64,000 bases of DNA from Macrostomum lignano. Lineage: Eukaryota. The position numbers were made by a program, and so were the translations under genes. The notes under the pieces are model-generated. The model saw nothing but the letters and a program-made list of their open reading frames with translations. It was not told where the DNA came from and made no database searches. Location: positions 55,763 through 119,762 of the forward strand of contig NIVC01003095.1 of NCBI GenBank assembly GCA_002269645.1, written 5' to 3'. Below are positions 1 through 12,032 of this stretch, piece by piece. Positions within the stretch are counted from its first letter, which is position 1, and each line of letters begins with the position of its first letter.

Positions 1-640
1 TCCCAAATATAATATATAATAGGGTTTCTATTTTCTAATATATCTACAAATACAATTTTCACTGAAGGAGTGAAGATCAAAATTAGCATGTCAAAAAACC
101 TTACAAGCCACCGAATTTTAAAACTAGCTACCAAAAGTGGAACTGGAAGTATATAGCTAAGAAAAAACATAAACATAAACATAGCACATAGTGACACATA
201 ATGAAATGATGACAACATGCAAGAGTGACAGAGTCCTCTTAGAAAGGAAAAATAGGCCTAGTAATTTATGTTTATGGGAAGTTAAGTCCGTAATTAACTA
301 AACCGAAACAAAATGGCCAACAAAATTGCTGGTAATATATTCAAAGCAATTTGTAGGTGAAGATTTTAACAAATTTATTAAACTATTTTTTGTATTTACA
401 ATTTCGCTTTTATTAAATATATTTAAAACTTTATTAGATATACATAAAATAGCCTGAAATTTTTTATAAGCTTAGTTATTTATTTTCCCGTATGAACTCC
501 CTGACATGGATGATTTTACCATGGAAAGTTTTAAAAATCCATGCATGAAAATACCATGAACATGCATGATTTATCAATGGATCATGGATCATAGATGATT
601 TATCCATGATAAGAGAGTAGGGTGGCGCAGACATATACCG

Positions 641-2385
641 TTAGTAGTAGTAGTAGTAGCTAAGCCGTCTTCTTATTCTTCTTGGCCGTTATCGCCTTTC
701 GGCTTGGCTCCACAGGGTCCTCTCAGATCAGGGCCTTCCACAGATCCTCATATGCCTCGCCATGTTCGTTGCTGACAAATTTCTGCCGCACGTTTCGCAC
801 TCCTTCACTTTCGCTTTGTACTTCCTAGGTGGAGTTTTCTGTGCTCTTTCCTGGTTTGCTGCAATTCTTTCGGTGTCTCGCCCAATTGGATGTTGTCACT
901 TCTATACCGCATTCCTTGTTGCATGCCGTCTTTCCGTCCTTTTCCTGCTCGCCTCTGCAACTCTTCTTGTGGTTTTTCATTGTCGCTTCTTGCGTGAATG
1001 TTTTCTTGCACTTGCTGCACTCGAACATCACTTGTGTGTTCCTTACGCGGTGCATTCTCTTCTCATGGATCGCTAGTCCCGCTTTACTCTTGCAGATCTT
1101 CTCACATCCTTCATATTCACATTTGAACTCCGTTCTCTTCTCCTTCCTTCTACCTCTCTCTTCCCGTATTACTTCCGGTTCCTATTCTGTTTCTACCGGT
1201 GGGTGGGATCTCTGTCTCGGGTTATTACGCTTTCTTCCCTCGGCCTTTTTTCCTTGACGTTCCTCCCATTCTCGCATTTCTTTCGTCATCGCTTCCACAA
1301 CCCACTTCTCCACTTCTCCACTTCGATCTTGTGTAAATCTTTCTGCGCTCTCTGATTCGATTTCTGCTTCCTTTAACAATCTCCTCCAAGAGTCAATTGT
1401 CTGGTTCTTCCGTTGTCTTCTCTTCCCGATTCCTTCCAGCCTCTTGTACCAGCCTAAGACTGCTTTCTTGGTCTGTCTCTCGTCCGGCATGCGTAATACG
1501 TGCCAAACACGGATGAGGTGTGTGCGTTCAATCTTAAATCTCACGGATGCGACGCCTAGTTCGTTTCTGATGTCTTGCATATTCACCTCCTTTTCTTCCA
1601 TTTTCTGATTGGTTCCTTCACTTTAGAGCTCCAGACAAACCGATACATTCTGTCCATGCATCGCTGCATTTTCTTTATTTGGGACAGGTGGAACGGTCTC
1701 ACGTTGGCTTGATACAGAAGTGTGCTCTCGACTCAGGCTTCAATCACTCGTCCTTGTTTTCTCTTTCACAATCTGCACTTTACGAGCGTTTCCTTATTGT
1801 CTTCCAGCTCTTATTGGCTCTTCCGATCCTCTGCCTCACGTCTACTTCTTATCCGTCTAGCCAGCTTCCTAGCATCCTCACCGTACCTCCTTCTGGTGTT
1901 CCGAAGAGGAGGTCCTCTTGCTTCTGGTCGTTGGTCTTCTCCTCAAACCGCTGCATGACTTCTTTTGTTATTCCGAGGCCACCGGTCAGTTCACCGCGGT
2001 TCCCTGTTAGGGTGGTGTCGTCCGCGAAGAGAGGGAGGTCTGGAACATGTGTGTCCGGTTTTCTGAGTTGTATTGGTGTCTGCGCTGTGGCGGTAATGAG
2101 TGTCCTGGTGGCCAGCTCCACTCAATTCCACATATGTTTCCTGACTTCTTGGCTTCTTCTTGTCTTTCTTTCTCTGCCATTCTCATGCACGCTTGGTAAT
2201 AAATGTTGAATAAAACCGGTGACGTAGGGCATCCTTCTCTGAGACCGCGTTCTGGTGACCAACCTTCGCTTATTCCTTCCCCGCCCTTCACTCGGTAAAG
2301 TGTGTTCTCGCGTAGGTCTTGTAATTTATGTATCGCCTCTTTCGGCATCCTTAAATGTGAGAGCAATGCCCATAGCATGGGGCAT
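641..2385 (-). mobile_element. 5'-truncated, frameshifted non-LTR retrotransposon (RTE/RTEX-like LINE)
   Basis: RT motifs lie in broken frames: GLREGCPTSPVLFNIY (ORF 2007-2378) and LPLFADDT (ORF 1849-2121). These are followed by an RTE-like C-terminal block, HVLRMPDERQTKKAVLGW (1182-1601), and two Cys/His fingers, CSKC..H...C and CNKEC..HRKNC (825-1055). The 3' tail is (CTA)n, seen as (TAG)n at 641-660 on +. Confidence 0.85.
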
Positions 2386-2640
2386 CGTCTGCTTCATGAT
2401 CAGGTAAAGAGCTGCCAGACGAACGCCCTCGCGGCCATGCCAGTGTAGCTGTGAACTAAAAACTCGTCGGACAAGTTTTAAACGGCTTCCCGACTTCAAT
2501 GCTGACGGCCAGATCCCGTCCAGTTGACTCCACGCAGTAGATTAATTGCATCGAGAGCCATGCAGCGCTCGGACGTTGCTAAAGGCTGCCAGCGTCCGGC
2601 GCCCAGACGGACACATGAACGGCGTCTAGTTTGCGGCAAC
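2386..2640 (-). pseudogene. Degraded paralogous fragment of the serine/aspartate racemase gene
   Basis: Minus-strand frames give KLDAVHVSV, IYCVESTGRDLAVSI, SDEF, GMA and GVRLAALYLIMKQT. These are collinear with ELDAVLVPV, VYCVEAAGK/NLAASL, SDEF, AGMAG and GVRLAARYLKQT of the intact gene, but with frameshifts and an internal deletion. Confidence 0.7.
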
Positions 2641-3354
2641 TGGCATTAAGATTAACCTTCAAGATTTTTTTGGATGAGGCACCCACATTTGAGTTTAGTA
2701 TCGTTATACTTATCGTTATCGCCAGCTTGATAGGACAGATAGAAAAACCGACAGAGGACAATTATCAATAGGCAGCACAATTGGTTCCATCTGATTTTTT
2801 TCATTTTTTCATTCAAAAATCATCTGGGAATTATACATGATCGCACATCATTTGTTAAGAATTTTTGACTGCCTTTCAACGATTTTGTTATATTGATATA
2901 GCAAAAATTAACCAACTCATGATTGCCACTGCACTCAGCACGTATATCATAGCATTTATATTTTTAGCTCTTTTTAGCCATAAAAATTACAAAGCAACTA
3001 AGAAAGCACTAATACTACTATTAAGTAGCTATTGCAAGTAAAGAAAAATAAATTCTGCAAATAGTAACTGTTGAAATTGAAGATGTTGCATTCATTAATT
3101 TAGTTCTTATAGACATACATGTATAGGTTTAGTTGCATTTAGTACGCTTATATTTACGAGGTACATGTGTATACAAACTTGATGCTTAGAAAATCTTATA
3201 AATATCATATTTAATAGGTACATACTGGTATTTATTTGTTTCTCAAAACTGTCGGTTTTGAGAAAATAATGCTCTACCTGTTCTTAATTCATGAAGCGGC
3301 ATATACTACGATTTCACGACTAAATGCAACTGCTCACAAAACAAGTACACGCCT

Positions 3355-6300
3355 TCACATCTGAAGCATCACAGGCCCGACAATGTTCACCGGGCCGCCG
3401 CCACCATCCGTGACTGTCTCTAGCTCAGCAGTCAATCTGGTGAACTCCTTAGAAAACGGGTCAAGATTTCCCCCACTCAGCACGACGCCAATATTTTGGC
3501 ACTCAGTCACCGGAGGGAGAGTCTTGTCGGCCAGGTGTACAGCGGCAAACAGGGCGGCGCCGCTGGCGGCTTCCACTGTCTGTTTGAGATAGCGAGCGGC
3601 CAGCCGCACGCCGCCAGCCATACCGGCGTTGTCAACGCTGAAAACTCTTCGTTCGGCCAGACGGTGCAGCACCGAGAGAGCGAGCGGAGCAACTGGCCGA
3701 AGACGAAGCGACTCGGCAACGGTCGGAATAAACTCGTCGGACGTATTCAGCGGCTGGCCGGCGACAAGGCTGGCCGCGAGATTCTGCAAGTTGATGCCCG
3801 AGTTGGAAAAGTACCAGATGCATTTCCCATTTTCTTTTCCAGACTATACGCATACAGTCATTAAAATATTTTCATGACTCCTGTTAGAGAAGTAATTCCG
3901 TAAAAAGTGATGCGTGAAATCTTTTTGCTAATTGAAGTTTCAAATACCAGGTATATTTAAAGAGATATACAGTGTAGTACAATAATACCAAATGGCATCT
4001 CATTTACTTTGAAAGCATTCTCGACAGACGGACAAGAGTCAGTGGCGTAGATGAATGACAAGACTGCATGTCGCCAGCTGACGCTTATGCATCTGACGCT
4101 GGTGTCTTCTGACGCTGGTCTTCTGACGCTGGAGTCTTCTGACGCTGGTCTTCTGACGCTGGAGTCTTCTGACGCTGGAGTCTTCTGACGCTGGAGTCTT
4201 CTGACGCTGGAGTCTTCTGACGCTGGAGTCTTCTGACGCTGGAGTCTTCTGACGCTGGAGTCTTCCGACGCTGGAGTCTTCTGACGCTGGAGTCTTCTGA
4301 CGCTGGAGTCTTCTGACGCTGGAGTCTTCTGACGCTGGAGTCTTCTGACGCTGGAGTCTTCTGACGCTGGAGTCTTCTGACGCTGGAGTCTTCTGACGCT
4401 GGAGTCTTCTGACGCTGGAGTCTTCTGACGCTGGAGTCTTCTGACGCTGGAGTCTTCTGACGCTGGAGTCTTCTGACGCTGGAGTCTTCTGACGCTGGAG
4501 TCTTCTGACGCTGGAGTCTTCTGATGCTGGCGTCTTTCTCAAGAATATCAAATTTCAAAGCATACGAGTGCGTAATTTACTCTAGACTTTTTTAAAAGCT
4601 AAATTTAACTGTAAAGTACATTAGGCCAGATGAAAATCTTTGTTTTTCCTTTTTTCTGCACTTTCTCACACAATAGTCAAGTCGCCAGGCCTCTAAACCG
4701 TCGAGATACTAAACAATACTGCCAGAAAATTGAATTGTTTTCATAAGCTAGTGCTAGTGCATCATCTCTCTGACAGTGGTGGCCACTGGCCTTCACTTAA
4801 GCGGAGCTTGTGGAAAAAGGTAACGCCAAATGACTCTAGAAGCCGTTGGGCCCTAGTCAAGTGGTCTAGCGAGGCGTTCTCATGTGTCAGCAGCCCAGGC
4901 TCGATTCTAAGTGCAGTAGCTAGCATTAACTTGGACGCCCTTAGAATTAACGCCCCGTGAGGGTCCACAAAGCGCAGTGAAGTGTACATGCCTAACGAAA
5001 AATAAAGTTAGGGCCGCTGTACACTCCCGTGTGTGAGTGTGTGCCTGCGCGTATGACTGCGCACGTGACCACGCACTTGTGTGCCTGCTCAGGGGAGTCG
5101 GCAGAATCGGCAGTATAATGCCTCAGAATGGGCAGTAATGGCTTGGTGTTCCTGCAGAAAATTAAGTCTCCTGACTAAAATTCCTGAAAATTTGCTAACC
5201 TTCCCGGCTGCCTCAACGCAGTAGACTCTAACAGACGACCGTGCAGCACTGGCCGATGCAGGCTCTGCAGCTTTGGACATCGTCGCCGACGCCAGAGCCA
5301 CACCTGCGGCCAGTCCCCCGCCACAGACAGGTACCAAGACCGCATCCAGCTCTGGCACCTGTTCTATCAGCTCCAGCCCGACACTGGCTTGCCCAGAGAT
5401 CACGTCCCAGTGGTCGGACGAGGGCACCGGATAGAGTCGTCGCTCGGCGGCCAGCCTGTCGCAGACCCGCCGTCGATCTGAGTAGTTCGGCTGGCAGAAG
5501 TGCACCTCCGCGCCGTAGCTGCGCATGGGCTGAATCTGGTTGTGAAGGGGGAGGGAGACTAAAAATGGGTTCCTCTAAATTAAGGATCGAAGGGTCTAAC
5601 CTAGTCTAAGATGGCGAGAAAAGCAAATAATCAACAAGTTTCGTAAATCGGCATCTGTCGTCGTAATCGGTGGGACAGACCCTGTATTTTCTGTTTTCTG
5701 CCATCTTCATTACACAAAACTAACACTAAGAAACCATAATATAATAGAGCTTTAATATTTCGACGCCTTTTTTGCTTTTTGTACCAAATTATACAATAAT
5801 GGGCAGATTTGCAACCGACAGCTCAGCCGCAGCTATGAACTGAAGCAATGCAGAGTTTAATGTCTCGTTCGAGGACACAAATTGTTCCAGTGTGATCGAG
5901 AATCGAACCCCCGACCTTTCAGTCGTGAGTCCGACGCTCTAACCACTAGAATACAGGTACAACTCCAGGCTAGGCTATGGGGGTTTAGGGGTTGCCAAAA
6001 AGAAGCTCAGCTAGTCCAAAATGATTCATTTAAAAAAATGTTTAAAGGCCAACCTTTGCCGCCGGTGTATCGTTTGGCACCACAACGCAGCAGACCAGAC
6101 GGAGCCTGTCCGCTGCCCAGGCCAGCGCCTGTCCATGGTTACCGCTGCTGTGCGCCACCACACCTGCATAGCCCTGAGGCATTCTCAGCAAGGCGTTCAA
6201 AGCGCCTCGCAGCTTAAAACTTCCAGTACGTTGAAGATGCTCGCATTTGAAGTAAAGTCGCCTACCGTTGGACATCGAGTCCAATAAAGATGACGTCATG

Positions 6301-6407
6301 ACTGGAGTGACGCTTACGTAGGGTCGAATCCGATTGGCTGCTGCCACCAGCTCGTCCGTGTCTGGCCATTCGCAGTTGTGATCTAGATGGTGACAGCTGG
6401 TTGACAT
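3355..6407 (-). CDS. SRR: PLP-dependent serine/aspartate racemase-family enzyme, 3 exons: complement(join(3355..3783,5200..5535,6054..6407)), ~372 aa
   Basis: Contains the PLP lysine motif GSFKLRGA, HSSGNHGQA, the phosphate loop VCGGGL and C-terminal VLSGGNLD. Both introns are GT-AG and phase 0 (donors AAG|GTTGGC and AAG|GTTAGC; acceptors ccttcacaaccag and caacttgcag). The exons join into one open frame. Confidence 0.9.
4092..4535. repeat. 16-bp minisatellite (GTCTTCTGACGCTGGA)n, about 27 copies, in racemase intron 2
   Basis: Near-perfect tandem array visible directly. It explains the repetitive ORFs at 4039-4558. Confidence 0.95.
5798..5950 (-). mobile_element. tRNA-derived SINE, internally deleted copy in racemase intron 1
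   Basis: The minus strand shows an A-box-like TAGTGGTTAGAGC and a B-box GGTTCGATTC (5900-5909). It shares the segment CAACCGACAGCTCAGCC(G/A)CAGCTAT with the copy at 7163-7395. Confidence 0.7.
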
Positions 6408-7162
6408 GCCGATTTTTATGTACTTTACATGTAAAAATGATGAATTACGCGATAAATTCGCTAAATTTGATTTTCTACAAGTAATACGAGTATAAGTTTA
6501 GGATTCAAATATGCGTGAATATAATAATGTGTCTATGGTGTAGACTATATAAACGCTTATAAGAGCCAGATTTACATTGTTGTACGAACTGTGCTCAAGG
6601 TTGTAAACGGTATGTGAGCATCGTGCGCTTCTAGAGATTGAAATTATCAAAGCAGACAAATATAGAACTTGATAATTTACGCTCCTATAGGATAAATGTT
6701 AAATGATACGCATTCTACAACAACAATGCGTTAGTTAATTTATAAATTTAATATAGTATATATTTGGATAGCTACTATTCTTTGTCACAAATAGCAAAGC
6801 TTAATTATTTAAAAACCAAATGATTTTTTTCTGAGTAAAATGTGTTGCTAGAAATCTGAATAAATATATAGAGGCTCAAAACTGTATACAGGGTACATAG
6901 CATTATCCACTAAGTAAACTTATTAACTGGTCTCTTGATTTAAAAGCAGATAAAACAATGATTAAAAACTGGCTTGAAAAGTTTTTAAGCTGACAATGTG
7001 CGAAGAAATATTATAATTTATGATGTCACTGTCATGGTGCCATCAAAAGCAACATCTAAATATCATTATAAAGAAGTCACAGACGCAGGGAAAATTCTTT
7101 ATTGTGTGAATATCTTGCAATATTAGTATTTTAATAATAATAATTGATTAAACCTGCCCTAA

Positions 7163-7395
7163 TTGGGCCAGATGTTCAACCGACAGCTCAGCCACAGCTA
7201 TTGCGCGGCGCATCTGAAGGCTGCGTACGGCTGTTCAGTCCAAGGACTGGGGGGTCGTCACACATCCTCAATCACCCCAGCTAATGCTGGCACCCATTTT
7301 ACAGCTGGGTTGCTCCAGGTCACAAATAGTTCCAATGGGACCGAGAATCGAGCCCCCGACCTTCAAGTCGTGAGTTGGACGCTCTGACAACTACT
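7163..7395 (-). mobile_element. tRNA-derived SINE, longer copy
   Basis: The tRNA-like head TAGTTGTCAGAGCGTCCAACTCACGACTTGAAGGTCGGGGGCTCGATTC is homologous to the copy at 5798-5950. The central part contains CCCAGCTGTAAAATGGG. Confidence 0.7.
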
Positions 7396-7607
7396 TTATT
7401 AACCCAATGCTTCAAAAGAAGTATAGCTCAACTTTTTGCAGAGAATCCGGGACCACTCTTCGAAAATTAATAGTGTTTTACACATCTGTTTGTCTACTTC
7501 ATAAAATAATAAAAATAAAACAATTTACAGAGGGAGATTTGGTATCCAGAGTGCACAAATGGAGCATCTAACGCTCTCTACCATCAATCGTCCAACATCC
7601 TGTTGAG

Positions 7608-9477
7608 TTAATCAAAACTTCCAAAGCTGCTGAAACTGCCGCAGCTGCCCCAGCTGCTCAGCGAAGACCAGGAGCCATGTCGCCAGCCCATCCCATGGCC
7701 CCAGCCCATGCCGTGACCCCAGCCGCCAAACGCGCGATGCGCAACATAGGCTCCAGCCGCTCCGGCAGCCAAGCCTACCGCAGCATTGCGCATTCCTTTG
7801 TTCTTCTTCTTTTTCTGTTTAACAACAACAACGCCGCCCGGCTGCTGTGGGTATTGCTGATACTGCTGCTGCGGCGGATGGCCGTAGGGATAGGCTGCAG
7901 CTCCACCAGCTGCTTGAGGGTAGCGCGGCTGCTGCTGGTACGGCTGCATCGGGTAGCCCACAGCGCCGCCGCCTGGTGGCGCTCCGTAATAACCGGGGCC
8001 GGAACCGCCCGGCCCAGCGTAGGTCGGCGGCGGCGGAGGCGGCGGGCCGCTATGGTGCGGTCCGGGATAGCCGCCGGAAGAACCCGGAGGCATTGGAGGA
8101 CCACCGGGACCGCCGCCAATGTTGAAACCGATTGGCGGTGGACCGCCAGGGCCTCCAGGACCGCCATGGCCGCCGGGGTAAGGCGCTGGGCCGCCGGGAC
8201 CACCGGGGCCTCCGTATGGCGGACCACCGTAGGGGGCACCGCCGTAAGGAGCGCCGTAGGGGGCGCCACCGTACGGAGCGCCGTAGGGAGCGCCTGGACC
8301 GCCGGGACCTCCGCCGCCGTACGGTGGGCCGCTCGAACTCGGAGTGTAGGGCGGCGGGGCTGGAGAGTTGACGGGGTAGCTGGTGGAGGCCTGAAATTAG
8401 CGAGTATAACGTTTAGGAAGTACATTGAAGGTAAACTATTCGACGCCAAACTCAGTGCTTGTCAGAAAAGGGGCGCCAAACTCAGTGCCAGTCAGAAAAG
8501 AGGCGCCAAATTCAGTGACAGTCAGAAAAGAGGCGCCAAACTCAGTGCCAGTCAGAAAAGAGGCGCCAAACTCAGTTCCAGTCAGAAAACAAGGTGCCAA
8601 ACTCAGTGCCAGTCAGAAGAGGCGCCAAACCCAGTGCCAGCCAGAAAAAGTGCGCCAAACTCAGTGCCAGCCAGAAAAGGGGCGCCAAACTCAGTGTCAG
8701 TCAGAAAAAGTGCGCCAAACTCAGTGCCAGTCAGAAAAGAGGCGCCAAACTCAGTGCCAGTCAGAAAAAGTGCGCCAAACTCAGTGACAGTCAGAAAAAA
8801 CGCGCCAAACTCGGTTCCAGTCAGAAAAGAGGCGCCAAACTCAGTGCTAGTCACAAAAAGTGCCAAACTCAGTGCAAGTCAGAAAAAGGGGTGCCAAACT
8901 CAGTGCCATTCAAAAAAGCGCCAAACTCAGTGCCAGTCAGAAAAAAAGGCGCCAAACTCAGTGACAGTCACAAATGAACTTTACCTGGATCGGCTGCTGC
9001 TGCTGAGGCTGTTGCTGCTGCTGCTGCTGCGGTGGCGGCGGCAGTGTACCAGTAATGGCCGACATCCAGTCGTCCATCTCTTTGTCGTTAGCAAACAAAA
9101 AATAGGAAATGCGCGCCTCTTGGCTGGCCTGATGAGGCACCGCAAGGAGGTGCTTGACGCGGTCTTTGTCAACCACGGGTTTGAATGGCAGTCGCTGGGT
9201 CACGGCGCCCAAGGCTAGGAAGTTGCACACATTGCGTAGGACAACAGTTCGGTTTGGAGTAGATTGGTTTTGCTTGTCAAACCAGGAGAGACTGCTATCA
9301 GAGCGAAGTACAACGAATACCTGCTTCCAGCTGCTGCCAAGCATGCCACCTAGAGGATTGGAGAAAATTAGGTAGAATCGTTTTTTGTAAATGCAATCTG
9401 AATATTTATTAACACCTAAAATAAATTATCTTACCAGTGTACTTGCTTAATTGGCCTTGCTTCACAACTGTGGCCAT
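7608..9477 (-). CDS. PH-domain protein with poly-Q and Gly/Pro/Tyr-rich tail (PLEKHB/evectin-like architecture), 3 coding exons: complement(join(7608..8390,8985..9349,9435..9477)), ~396 aa
   Basis: MATVVKQGQLSKYTG|GMLGSSWKQVFVVLRSDSSLSWF...EMDDWMSAI is a PH fold with the conserved C-terminal Trp. The introns are GT-AG with phases 1 and 0, and the frame continues into ORF 7608-8093. An acceptor at 9487-9488 implies a 5'-UTR intron. Confidence 0.85.
8442..8973. repeat. 29-30-bp minisatellite (GGCGCCAAACTCAGTGCCAGTCAGAAAAGA)n, about 18 copies, in PH-gene intron
   Basis: Tandem array visible directly. It fills most of the intron at 8391-8984. Confidence 0.95.
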
Positions 9478-10124
9478 TGTCTAGTTCTGAAAAATATAAA
9501 CATTCTATAATGGCACTTTCCAAATAAAATAATAATAAAGTAGCATTCTGAATTTATATAGCTTGACTAATAAATATCATTTGTTTAACTGTACTTAAAT
9601 TAATATAAAATCACTGTAGTATAAAATATTGTGACGTTGTCAGTATAAGTAGCCCCGCCAAGGGCCGTTTTGACATGCGGTACCAATCTATAATATTATT
9701 AGTTTCGACCTCTCATGTCTGCTTAAAGTAGTGCCCAAAGAATTTTAATCAGCTGCCTACATTTGTAAAGCCTGCGTACAGCGCGCGATCGATAATTTCT
9801 GTTTTCTGTTTTTCTCAGTCAGCCAATAGAAAAACCGCGCATTAATTATACTAAGTTCTCCTCCCGCACCCACCCACAGCCCGCTCCTTATCAGTCCTGT
9901 CTAGCCTTGCACTCGGGGTTATCTTGGATCCTGGCTTTGCGTCCCCGCCTGTAGACCCCTGCTGCCCAGCACTCTTTTGTTTGCCTTCTCTTCCTGCCTC
10001 ACTCCTCCACGGCCCTAGGCCACGCCTCTGCCTGTCTGCCATTCTCAGTCATGCCACTTCTACTACCTAAGCTATCTAACTCATTGTTATATAGCTGCTA
10101 GTGCATCGTTACAAATCCACTAAT

Positions 10125-10210
10125 CACTAATCCCGGAAAATCCCGACTGAGAGTAATCCCAGGATCCCGCTTTGAAGTTCAAAAAAATCCTGGGATCCCA
10201 GGATCCCAAT
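10125..10210. repeat. AATCCC/GGGATCCC-rich segment, possible end of a non-autonomous DNA transposon
   Basis: Clustered AATCCC(G/A)GGATCCC motifs, with the same motif family at 11860-12032. Confidence 0.35.
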
Positions 10211-11859
10211 ATCAAATGTATTGAAACATCTGCATCTAGCTTCCACCATGAACACAAAGTATAATTATGATATTTATAATGATAGCTAATGGTCCAAACT
10301 GGTATATTTACGCAATAAACTTCTCTTTGCTTAGTTATTGTACAAGTAGAAATAGAAGATTGTTTGATAATAATAAATAATATTTATTCATAAAAGATAA
10401 TTAATAATAATTGATTACAACAATAATAACTTGTTTTAATATAGGTTATATAGCTAGCTATGCAATATCAATGTAAATTATCAAAGTGAATATCATGTTT
10501 AATGCCACGTTACAGTGTTAGACATCACACAACTCACGAACAAGTGAAATTAAATTACACCTTATGAAAACGAAAAAAAATTAATTTCTGCTTAACAAAC
10601 TGCTCTAACAAATTTTGCTGCTTTTTAAGTGTGATTTTGATACATGGTTTTGTCTCACATAGAGACGCCTAACCGCAGTACCCCTGTGAAACTTGTCTCT
10701 GCCTGGCCGAAAGCTTGTAATGAGTTAGTAGACTGGGTTGGAGGGTAATAATGGATCAAGAAGGGCTGTGGGTAGCTGTATAGGAAAGCAGGCCTATACC
10801 TGTTCCAGTTGGTGCTCTGACGGTCCCCTTCAGAGTGCCCTCTAAGCGAACAGCCAGCAACCCTATTAAAGCTGGAGTGTGCCAGAACCAGGACTGAGTC
10901 TGACCAGGACGAGACCATTGGCACGGTCACTATAGAAATGATGGGTTGGCGAAGCAAAGGGTGAAATAGTCCCGGCAATTAGCCCTCCTGCCGCTTCAAA
11001 GATAATCTGATAATGTCTTGGCAAGAATACCCGGGGGGTGGTGGGCGGTCGGCCCCAGCTGGTAGCCACAGCTCTCCATCTTCGGACCAACCCTAATAGG
11101 CTAAGGGGCCAACTAACCGGATTTTTTGGGCACAGGCTTCCTGACTGGTATGTCAAACCCTTGCTGTCCCTGGCCCATACATGCGCAACAGTCGGCCGAG
11201 TTGGCCGATCCGGCCAATTGATTTGGCGACCAACCAAGGAAGTCGCAAAAATGCCCACCCAAAAAACACCAAAGTAGTAGTACTAAGTAGCTGATGAGGC
11301 ATTTTGGCTTAATAAGAGAGTCATAGTTACTCCTGCTGTTTACCCAAACTTGCATTAATTTTGCTTTACAGTTTCTTTATATGCAAGTCACATTTTTGGC
11401 CAAAAACTATGTCGCATTTTTGTTAAAACTAAGTCGCATGGCCGACCAAATTTTGGAGGTTGCGCATGTATGCCCCGGCCCCCGGGGAGGTTTAGATAAG
11501 CCAATTGGGTTTGGGGTAGGCATACACTCTGAGGGTTGGGGGTAGGCCATAGAGCCCGCTCTTGGCCTGACTGGCGCTGCTTGCCTAGCTTGATGTATAG
11601 TCCTCTCAGTTCTAATTAGGATTTTAGTGTACATTAGTACACTCCCAACCTGGAACCTATATCTTTCTAGTGGCGTAAGAGCCTATTCAATGGCTGAGGC
11701 GCCTGATTTACTTATTTTTAGTTAGTTTAGTTTAGTTATGTGTGATTTCGATATATACATGCAGGCTACAGTTGTGTTATTTTATATTTTTAAAGTAGAA
11801 TCTTTTTTTTCAAATTTTACATGATTATTTTAGTTGAAAAAAAGAATTAAAATCAGTTT

Positions 11860-12032
11860 GAATCCCAAAACAATCCTGGGATTTAGGCCTTACAATCCTG
11901 GGATCCCAATCCCACACTGTTGTAATCCCAAGGATCATAAATCCCAAAATTTCAAGTCCCAAAAAATCCCAGGATTGAAATCCCGTGTTTTGAGACAACT
12001 GGGATCCCATGCTCACGGGATTGGAATGCCTA
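11860..12032. repeat. AATCCC/GGGAT-rich segment ending GGGATTGGAATGCCTA, possible DNA-transposon terminus
   Basis: Many short palindromic GGGATCCC/AATCCC subrepeats. No TSD or complete TIR partner was identified. Confidence 0.4.

Noticed and set aside
4039-4558. Repetitive 170-aa and 157-aa ORFs
   Set aside because: They are translations of the 16-bp minisatellite.
4730-4989. Exon-like 75-aa minus-strand ORF after a good acceptor in racemase intron 2
   Set aside because: Splicing from exon 2 (phase 0) hits a stop after 14 codons, and I recognise no homology.
5880-5950. Possible tRNA gene
   Set aside because: It has A and B boxes but no convincing acceptor stem, and it continues into sequence shared with a second copy, so it is a SINE head.
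7677-9218. 513-aa plus-strand ORF and other overlapping ORFs
   Set aside because: It is the antisense shadow of the GC-rich PH gene plus translated minisatellite, with no domain motifs.
10655-11634. Several 75-130-aa ORFs in a GC-richer island
   Set aside because: No recognisable motifs or consistent splice pattern. It may be an old repeat but I cannot support a call.
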